Shown here: positions 53,071 through 64,000 of the stretch, one piece after another
Layout: each line of letters begins with the position of its first letter
Position numbering within the stretch: position 1 is the first letter of the stretch
Position numbers and translations under genes: made by a program
NCBI GenBank assembly: GCA_051294375.1
Contig: CM119264.1
Location: forward strand, 9,050,764 to 9,114,763
Source: Paraspadella gotoi
Lineage: Eukaryota > Animalia > Chaetognatha
Direction: 5' to 3'
DNA length: 64,000 nucleotides
The notes under the pieces: model-generated
Told to the model about the DNA's origin: nothing
Databases searched by the model: none
Seen by the model: only the letters and a program-made list of their open reading frames with translations

Positions 53071-55704
53071 GCGAGGCACGACTACGCGTCGCCGTCGGAC
53101 GCGCTTTGCCCCGCGTGAATTTCTTCGCGTTGGCACCGCGCGTTGCTACCGAAAATCGGGCTCTTGATCCTGCGGCACGCGGCGCTGAACGAGCGCGAAT
53201 TGNNNNNNNNNNNNNNNNNNNNNNNNNAGGCGAGATTGTTGTTGTTGTTGTTGTAATGTTGTCGTTTATTAGGAAGGGATGATTTCTCTGTTTTGCAGTG
53301 ATTTGTCCACAGTTTCGGGTCAGTGGCGAGAGAGATATCTTGTATTTCTTGTACTTTTCGCCTTAAAAATCAACAACGCTTTTCCCCTTTTCCCTGACCA
53401 GTTTATCTTTAACAGCGCCGACAACAACTCCTTTTCCAATCGAGTCTTCGCCGGTTCCGTTTGCGGCGTTCGTTGCCTTGACGCCAGCGCCAACATCTAC
53501 GTCGACGGCGTCCAAGCGTCGTCAATCAACGCCGCTTTCGGTATCGCGTTCCAAGCTTTCTTCGTTGCATGCGTCAAGACCGACGTCGGGGCGCCGCCGT
53601 CCACGGCTTGGGTGACGGCGCCAGATTTAGCAGCTGCCTTCACCGCTGGAGCCGAAACGACTGATACGTCGCTCCACGATCCCCACGTGATCTACTTCGC
53701 TGGAGCGACGTCAGAACCGTCGCTAGAGCGACTCCAGTGCCTCTTCACCAACGTGGAGCGAATGCCGGATGTCGTCCCGGCGCCGGAGCGGGAGCCGACT
53801 CCTGCGTGCCGAGAATATCGAAAAATGGTTGAGGCGGAACCGGATTCATTTTATATGAGATACGAGAATGGAAGCTGTTATTTCTTCTCGTTGAGAACAG
53901 GGAACTGGGAGACGACGAGGAGATTCTGCACCGAGAGGGTGGGTGGGTGGGTGGGTGAGGCGAGGGTGGGATTGCGTCGGGGGAACGTCGCACCAAGATG
54001 GATTTTCTATTGGGTGGAATAAATTTCTCTGGGGACTCTTTGCGAGGCTTTTTATTAAGAAATTGAAAAGTTGAAAGATATATCCATCTGATCTATGTAC
54101 TAGTGCTATGACTANNNNNNNNNNACTAGTGCTATGAGCCTATGACTATTTACGTATATCAGCTATCTGCTATCTACCCTTTGCTCCGTCCAATAGGGGG
54201 GCGACCTGGTGGCTCTGGAGACCCCAGAAGAAACAGATATTGTGACTCTCTGGGCTCATTCCCTTCGCGACGGGAACTGGGCCATCGGGGCGCAGCGAAT
54301 GCCCGACGGGCTTAACTGGACGACTCGGTGGAGAACCAATGGGGAGCTCGTGGACTCTGCCCGATTTCGGGAGTCGGACAGGGCGGGCGCCGTCGAGGGA
54401 AACAATTTCGTACACTTGTTGCCCGTCGATGATAACGGGACGTGGGGATATTTTGAAAACGAAGGTTAGCGGTCGGGGAAAGTGGAAATTTTGAGATGGC
54501 TTTGTGGTGAGCAGATTAAGATGTGTTCAGACATAATAGTCACGAAAAATGGGTGGATTGGTGATTATCGTTTTCGAGAAAAAAATGATAATAGTTTTAT
54601 TAGCAGTTTAAAAAGGATATGAAATGAAAAAAAGAAAAAAAAACTAAAGCAAATCATTTTAATTTTCAGTTTTCGTCCAGTTTATTTGCGAATCTAAAGC
54701 TTGGGGTAAGTTACTTTTTTTTCCATATTTTTATAACTCAACTTGCCTCCTGAACGCTTTCCCCGTCATCTCCGATCAGATTTGCCGGAATCCGGCCTTG
54801 ATTCCGCCGTCGCCGACTCCATCTGCGGCACCGAGATCGCCAAGATCGACGTCGCCTTCGTCGTCGACGCCTCTGGATCAATCGGCGCCGAGTCTTTCGC
54901 CGAGTCTCTCCAGTTCGTCCTCAACGTGATCGATTCCATCGACGGAATTGACGAGGGAGAGTCGAGAGTCGCTCTCGTTCTCTTCAATCAGGCGAGCGAT
55001 TTTTGACGAGCGGTTGCGGGAATAATGAGCACAACCTGAAGGGTTTGGAGGTCTTTCGAACGTCAACGGACTCGTCAACAGTTTGATGGTCCCAAAAGGA
55101 GAGTAATAGAGGCTGGGTCAAAGCTTAATATACGTTATTCAGCCTAAGGCATGTTTATTAATTATTGTTTAATTGTCTATCAGGAGATGTTAGTAATTGT
55201 TTAAACCTTTGACTCTCTACAAAATGCGAAGAGAAGTTCACAATTATCTTCTTTAATCCGACGAAAAATCACGAAATAGTATGGGATGGTGAATTCATAA
55301 AATGTTTTCCGTCTGGTCGCAGGAGGCCAAACTACTTCTTCCCCTCAACGTGTCCCAACGTTTGGGGAAATCGGGAATCTTCGATGCCATCCACAACATT
55401 CTCTACACCGGAGGCGGCACATCCACTGGAAATGCCATTAACGTTTCGGTCGAACACTTCGTGGAGCAGGGACGACTCGGCGATAATAAGGTCGATAATC
55501 ATCGGAAATTTACTAATTGGAACGAATTAGCTTTCACGCTTTTATATTTTCTCACATCGAATACATAATTAGTGATTAAAAAATAGTTTTCTTTATCTTA
55601 TTTGTACTATAGTTACAAGTAGGAACAGCGATAGTAAGACTCCCATCGAAACATGCCTCGAAATGCTAAAAACTTTCATCTCTAAAATTCCCCTCTCTTC
55701 ACTT

Positions 55705-55755
<51 letters not shown>

Positions 55756-56890
55756 CTCTCTCTCTCCCCCTCCCCCCTAAGGTGGTCTCGTCGGATTCGT
55801 CCTGACCGACGGGCAGAGCTTCGACGACGTGTCGGTTGCAGCGGCTGCGGCGGCGCGATTATCGGGATGACTTTTTACGCCATCGGCGTCGGAGGCGGCG
55901 TCGACTTTCGGGAATTGACGATCATCTCCGGAAGTGAGGTGGTAGAAGGGGTAGTGGGCGTGGAGGCTATTTCGTTATCGATCATCGTCAATTTATCGTC
56001 ATCGTTTATGTTCATTCAGGATCGAGTCTTCAGAGTCTCGGAGACTTCCATGCTGGAGGCCATGAGGCAAGAATTGGAGCAGCGAGTGTGCGAGGATTTG
56101 GTGGGCATCGTCGCCGAGTGTTTCGTCGACGCCCAGGATAGAATGGCCATGTCGATTTTGATCCCGAAAGACTTTGGGTCGCGGGATCGAATCAGAGTTG
56201 GTTCCTGCGATTATATCGTCGTCGTCAACGCATCGGAAATTCGAAGTAAAATTAATAAATCAATAATCAATAAATCAATCGAATATATACTATAAACAAA
56301 TAAGATACAAAAAAATTACCCCCAGTTAAAGCAATATCAAACAAACTAAAAAAAAAACAATCTTGTGAAGTAAAGCAATCTTAAATTCTTAATTATCGAA
56401 TAAATGAAAAAAAAAATTTAAGTACTTGTTTTGAAGTAGTTTCATGAGTTTTTGAACCTGCGGCTAGAGTCTCACCCGAGTTGCCTCATTATCTGCAGAC
56501 GATCTCAAGCCAAGCAACGCATCCCTCTACTACCACGCCCAAGTCCTCGCCGACGACTGCGGCACACTCGTCAACGTGACCCTCGATGAGGTTCGCCTCC
56601 ACAACGTCTTGCGCTTGTTCGACGCCGCCTGGAAGCTTGACTGCAGATTCGAGAGAGTCTTGGACCTCAACGACCTCGTCAACGGCGCCGGTAACGCCGG
56701 ATTTCGCGAGATCGTCGGTAGAGGTGTCATCGAGAGTAGCGCCGCCTTTTTCGCCACGTCCACCTTCGACGATCCGCTGGGGACGAAGCCGATGCCGGAG
56801 CTGGACCAATGGCTGCATCTGAAGGTTGAAGCGAAGACGGGTGGCGACTTCAATGCTTCCGTCCGCGATCTGTGGGCGTCGATGAGAGAT

Positions 56891-56921
<31 letters not shown>

Positions 56922-57534
56922 GCGGCGAATCTGCCAAGTACTTTTTAATTCAAGACGGATGCGTCTTGGATTATACGCTTCGTATATTAACAGGTGCGTA
57001 TCTTTTAAGTTAATAGTAATACTTACTGTAAACTACTACTTATAATATATTTCAAACAATAGGAAAACAATCCAAAGTCAAAACAATATTAGCTTTTTTA
57101 TTGAATTTTTTATTAAAAATGAAAATTGTGATGTCCACTTGAAAATCTGGACACCCTTAAACTGTTTTAATCTACTGCTTAAAGCGTGCTTATCTGTTAG
57201 AAAATTAAGAAAGGCTACTAAAAAAAATTATCATATGAATTCTTTTCCAGAAACAGTTGAAAACCAAAACGTCTTTCATATTACATTTCGGGCTTTCGCT
57301 TTCGTCCAACGAAACGACGACGACAACGACGATGACTTAATCGACATTAACGTCAACATCTCAATTTGCAACGTCAGCGATGCCGAAAGTCTTTGCGCAA
57401 TCGGATGCGCCGAATCACGCCGGAAACGAAGAGACGCGCCGGAGAGATCGACCGGAATGTCTATGTTGCAGTCGAGTTCAGTTGCTTTTCCGATCGGAAA
57501 ACTAAAACGTGACGACTCTTTACGTTCTCCGTGA
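49975..57534 (+). CDS. Large secreted mosaic protein: signal peptide - IgGFc-binding-like domain - GDGVDNDCDGAIDE motif - linker - C-type lectin - vWA - ZP domain - furin site; no transmembrane segment; ~17 exons
   Basis: CTL: GSCYFFSLRTGNWETTRRFCTER/GGDLVALETPEE..WAIGA..FICE. vWA: KIDVAFVVDASGSIG..RVALVLFNQ/EAKLLLPL..YTGGGTSTGNAI..VLTDGQSFDDV..FYAIGVG..ELTIISG. ZP: AEC..GSC..DDCGT..LDCRF..KYFLIQDGCVLDYTL..FRAFAFV..ISIC..LCAIGC, then RRKRR and a stop at 57532-34. Exons from 53402 onward join in frame apart from local noise near 55785-55865. Confidence 0.85.
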
Positions 57535-57823
57535 TTCGTACAGAAAGTACTATTTGTCAACAGGAATAACTAAATCTGTTGTGACTCAAATCAAAATTAC
57601 TCGTGAAAACTAGAAAAATAGAAAACTATAAAACTAGAAAAACAAGTTTTTCCTAATCTGGAAATACTGAACTAGTATAACATTGTGGCAGAATTATTTT
57701 TTTATTTAATCTTACATTTGTTCATGGACAGATATTATTTCATTCCTTAGCTTAGTAGCTCCGCGCCGACTTATTCGATTGCATTTTTGAGTCCAAGTTT
57801 AGATATCCTGCGCATTTTCTTTC

Positions 57824-58241
57824 TTATGAGGTGACGCCATATTTCCTTGCTGCTCTTTTGGTCTAAAAAGAAGTAAGCAGTGAAAGAGTGTTAATGTAAT
57901 TCTATCTCTTTCTTTCGACCGACTTTGAAATAATGTGAACAATGACATAATTATAAAAGATTATAAAAAGTTAGTTAAAAATAAATATAATATATTGTGA
58001 CTAATACCTTAGAACGCCGAAAGGTGTAAGTAATACAGATCCTCAAAATCCTCTATTTTACCTTGACGTTCTGGTTTCGTCGAATCATGTCGTTCGACGC
58101 TTCTTTGGACGTCAGGTCCTCCACCTCATCCACCCAAACGTCATCCAATTCATCGAGACTGCGCCATTTCCGATCGATGTAGGCGGCGATGGTTGCGGCG
58201 AAAAGTAAAACTGTAAGCGTAACTAAAATGGACTTCCGCAT
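57824..58241 (-). CDS. Small secreted peptide-precursor-like gene (exon 1 58241-58062, probable exon 2 57862-57824)
   Basis: Clean signal peptide MRKSILVTLTVLLFAATIAA, then an acidic segment bounded by RK and RR. Donor AAG|GTAAAA and acceptor CTTTTTAG give ..NQNVK/TKRAARKYGVTS*. Confidence 0.55.
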
Positions 58242-58821
58242 TCCCAGTTCCTTTTTGTTTGTTTATATATTTTATATATTTGATTTTATCGTGTGGATAA
58301 AGGTCAATTCTCGCTACTTGGCGATCGAAGAAACAAAGCAAAATATAAAATAAAACAGATAGGTTAATGGCCGTAAATAAAAACAAAAAAGGCAGAACAA
58401 CCTGTTTGACGCAGCGGGTTTCATCGGGTTTTCGTAAAGTGGTAGCGGACCTTTTGTTTAAATTGTGAATCATAACTCTAAAGATGCGCCCTCTGGTCAA
58501 AGTTGCAAGAATGAAAATTAAAAGTGACTGTCGTTAGATTGTACGAGGATAAAATCCGCATAACTATCTTTTAACTACTAATTTTTCTGATAAAGTTTTT
58601 TAATATTATTCATTTTTATTGATGCTTTTCTGTAAGTAGCCATGTTTGTGGTCCAAAGAGGTGCATAATTCATTCAAATTTGCATTCTCAAATTTGACCA
58701 CAATTTAACTATTAACGGTTTAATTTAATCAGCTTCGTTTCATAACAGAAAACATATTCTTTCCATTTTTACAATTTTTTTAGTCACTTTTTCAAAAAAA
58801 CTACAATTTACAAAGTCCCCA

Positions 58822-60470
<1,649 letters not shown>

Positions 60471-60672
60471 TAGCGGATGTTGCAAAGAGCACTAATTGTG
60501 TTTCATAGTTGGTGGTGTCGCCACTTTTCTGACTAGGAATGGGTATGAGGGTTTTGCGACTTGAGAGTTGAGAGCGATACTAATGGAGACAACTTATTAA
60601 CTTGTTAATGGTCTCTGGAAGTGTTGTGAATCTGAAGGGTGGAAGAGAATAAAAGGTTTAGTTTCCTTAAAA

Positions 60673-60731
<59 letters not shown>

Positions 60732-61815
60732 CACACACACTCTATCCCCAATATCGCTCCCTTCACCCTCTCTGCAGACAAGAACTCATCAAAATCGGTG
60801 AGCTGCACTCATACCCCGGATAGCATTTAGGATTTTATTAACCCTATAAAGTTATTAATATCCGCTTTCGTTACATTTCCGCCTTTTCCTTTAAAAAGAA
60901 AAAGATGCTTGCAATATGGGGAAGTGAAATGTAGCTATCGTTTTAAATACTAACGGATATTAATGTCCCATACGTCTGTAATTTTTTCAAATATCCTATT
61001 CAGGACGATGAAAACTTTTGATAAGTAGGTGGCGCTGAACAACACTTATCTTAACAACATATATACTACCGAAAGTGAGGTAGATTAAATACGGTTTTAC
61101 AACATTTTTTTCATAAACGAAAAAAAAAAAATCACAAAAACCAATTGAGATTTTCGGAGATCATCGTCCGGAAATTTCTCTCTCTCATCCAATTTCCGAT
61201 CCAAACAGGGAAGAGAGCGATTGCAACCAATCACGGTCCACGTCACGATTTCGGATCCGAACCCGCGACCTTTTCGGTCAGGACGACCACGACGACGACA
61301 ACGACAACGACGACCGACGATAACGACGGCTCCCTCATACCACAACCCACTAACGAGAGTTGTCGTGGGTGGCGTCTGGAAAATGATGGCGAATACAACA
61401 GATGTGCGTTTACATTGTTACTCCTAATGAGGGAGCGAGGGATGAAAGAGGCTCTTTCGAAAACGCCGCCGCCGCCCGCCGCCCGCCGCCGCCCGCCGCC
61501 GACGCCGCCTGCTGCTACAAAGCGTCGGGGATTCGAAAGGCGACCTTGGAGCGAAAAGTGGTGAATAGAGGCGCGAAAGCTGTTGGGTTTCGGGGTGAGT
61601 TGAATTGAAAACTGAGTTGTGGGAGTGAGAGAGTCTAGGAAAAAGGCCGAAAGGTAGGGAGAGGTAGGTGATGGAGGAGCGCGAGGCGGGTAAAGTGAAG
61701 GCGGGAAAACCCTAGAGGAAAATGGGATGAAAGGAGACGTTCCATCCGTTTAATGACGTTTAAAATGATTTCATTTTACTTTCAATTTTTCTCTATTAAA
61801 AATATTCACTATTAA

Positions 61816-62123
61816 GGGAGAAGCTAAACTGGAACCATTTTACGAATGCGCCCCATTTCTTTTTTCTCAATTAATTTAATTTTAAATTAAATTTTAAACG
61901 AAATCTTTTACCAAATAATTTTAAAACTTAATCATTAACCCATTCTTAATCCAAATCTTTAATCTTATCCCTTAACATGCTTTAACCTTACCAAATCCCT
62001 AACCAACCCTTAAGCAATAAGCAAACCCCTATCCCTAACTTATGACATAATAATTTTGAATTCAAGCGAGAATGGGGCACATTTGTAAAATATGGGCGTT
62101 TAGTTGATGAAAAGAATTCTACC
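61816..62123. mobile_element. MITE-like element with imperfect TIRs and internal degenerate TAACCC-like repeats
   Basis: CTAAAC..CCATTTTACGAATGCGCCCCATTTCT (61824-61860) is inverted at AGAATGGGGCACATTTGTAAAATATGG..GTTTAG (62069-62103). The interior 61930-62040 is TAACC/TAATCC/CCCTAA-rich. Confidence 0.65.
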
Positions 62124-63015
62124 AAAAGCGGCGAAGCCTATAAATCGATTACGATCGTAAAAAAAAACAAAAAAACATCGGCAGCCAATGAAAACCGCAG
62201 GAAAAAAAAACGTTGAAAAAGACAAAAAACTAAAAAAAAAGTTGCGGCGATCAACGGTGAATGAGCTGGAATATTCAACGCTGAAAGACGTAAAACCCTG
62301 GAGATGAAAAAGGGTGGAGAAACTCGCACCGTCGCCCGTGCCGAGTGGGAGAGGAGAAGAGAGAGAGAGAGAGAGCAGAGAGACAGGAGAAGAGAGATGA
62401 GAGAGAAAGAGAAGAGAGAGAGATTCTTTGGCTTCGAACCCACGCGTCTCGCAAGGAATTCAGATGATGTGGGGAGGAAAGGGATTGGCGAAGGCAGACG
62501 ATGTGGGTGAGAGCAGGTGAAGGAGAAAATTATGAGGTTTATGTGAGAATGTACTGTTAATTATTAGGCATTTGGTAACAAGTTTTGGAGTAAGACGTCA
62601 AAGATAAAAACAAAAATGGGAACGATTGAAAATTTTAAGACATTTGGAATTAGTAAAAAAAAAACAACTAAAATTATGCTTTGAGAGTAAAGCCTGAATT
62701 TTTTTATTTTTCAGAAAAATTATAAACACAAAAATCTCAATTCTTTTATCGAAAATATTTTTTTTTTTTACGGTTTCGTTTTTGTGACATCGATTGAAAT
62801 CAAAAAGAATTTGCAGCTGCGTCGGGAGATTCAAAGCGCGCAACTCCAAAATTCTTCTCTCCTTAAATGTTGACTCTTCGCTATTTTTATATATTATCCT
62901 TTATATATTATCCTTTTATTTAACTCATCCCGCTAACGGATTTCTCTCTACCGACTCAAGTTTCCAATCATCCCCGCTGTCGGGCCGCAATCCAGAGTGA
63001 GTGAGTGAGAGAGAG

Positions 63016-63089
<74 letters not shown>

Positions 63090-63245
63090 AGAAGGGAGAG
63101 AAATATAAAATATGTTTATTTCATAACCTTTTTTTTTTCTCCCGGACGCATACGATAGGCGTCGACCTCGGCCGGTTCAAAACAACACAAACAAACAAAT
63201 GAAAAAGCGAACACAACGAGTTCGAATAAAACGACATCTGCGTCA

Positions 63246-63277
<32 letters not shown>

Positions 63278-63553
63278 AAAAAAGGGAAATAACGAGACCG
63301 AATCAGCGACAATGAACTGAAATCGAAAACGAGGAAGGAAGTTTAATCTCATACATAATAATAATAATAATAATAATAATAATANNNNNNNNNNTATTGG
63401 TTGTACCAATTTCATATATATAAGTAAAGATGCCATGAAAAACGTCTTAAGGCTAATTAAAAAAAACGCATATGAAAAAAAAACATATATCACGGTAATT
63501 ATTAAATTCAATAAAGATGACGTTAAAAATGACATGAACGAAAAGTGGGCTCG

Positions 63554-63745
63554 AATCTCACCGCTGCCACCAGGATGAGATTTTATTCTGAGAATAAAGG
63601 TGACGGTGAGTCTTGATCAATGCTGCTGAAACTAGAGCAAACTAAGTATATTTATAACTAAGGAAGAGGATCGGCGACGTGGGTAAAATTTACAGTTCCA
63701 ATGATTCTGCAAGCGGATTGGTCGATTCCGGTTTCATGCTTGACC
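63554..63745 (+). repeat. Dispersed repeat R1 (copy 2)
   Basis: Homologous to 5895-6130. Confidence 0.8.
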
Positions 63746-64000
63746 AATCAGGATTCGGCGATTCCATTTCCTGCGGAGATCGCGCGAGCCTCCGATCCGA
63801 TTTGATTCTCTTGGCTTGATACTCCTGCGTTGATAGTAATGTAAAAAAAAAATAAGAAGCGATAACAAAAACTCGAGAAAGAACGACAAATAGGATAAAA
63901 ACTTTTTGAGAAATCTATTCAAATACAATGACAGACAAAACAGTCGATTCAAGATCGAAACGATTGCCTTGGTTATTGACAAAGAATGCAGAAAAGTACG

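Noticed and set aside
61145-61608. GC-rich ORFs on both strands
   Set aside because: Possibly an exon, but strand and frame cannot be determined; dominated by (GAC)n/(GCC)n repeats.

Overview
AT-rich, intron-containing animal (invertebrate-like) genomic DNA with many (AG)n/(GAC)n microsatellites, N-gaps and long stretches of indel-noisy, raw-long-read-quality sequence. Much of 11.5-53 kb is a staircase of overlapping near-identical copies plus one ~1 kb inverted copy. These look like uncollapsed haplotype or gap-filling artefacts, so the unique content is far less than 64 kb. Genes I could splice together by hand: (1) an SLC16/MCT-type MFS transporter (-, ~0.9-3.9 kb); (2) a divergent roadblock/LC7 (DYNLRB-like) gene with a ~65-aa C-terminal extension (-, 2 copies); (3) an ENPP4-7-type alkaline phosphodiesterase with signal peptide and GPI-like tail (+, 3 copies); (4) a large secreted mosaic protein: signal peptide, IgGFc-binding-like domain, GDGVDNDCDGAIDE motif, C-type lectin, vWA, ZP and a furin site (+, ~50-57.5 kb, with a duplicate of its 5' half); (5) a small secreted peptide-precursor-like gene convergent with it. 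There are also MITE-like, SINE-like and dispersed repeats. The most notable points are the mosaic ZP protein (with paired disulfide losses in two domains), the apparently relaxed and GC-donor-rich 5' splice sites, and a SINE-like element present in only one of two duplicate copies. All assignments come from motif recognition by eye; no searches were run.
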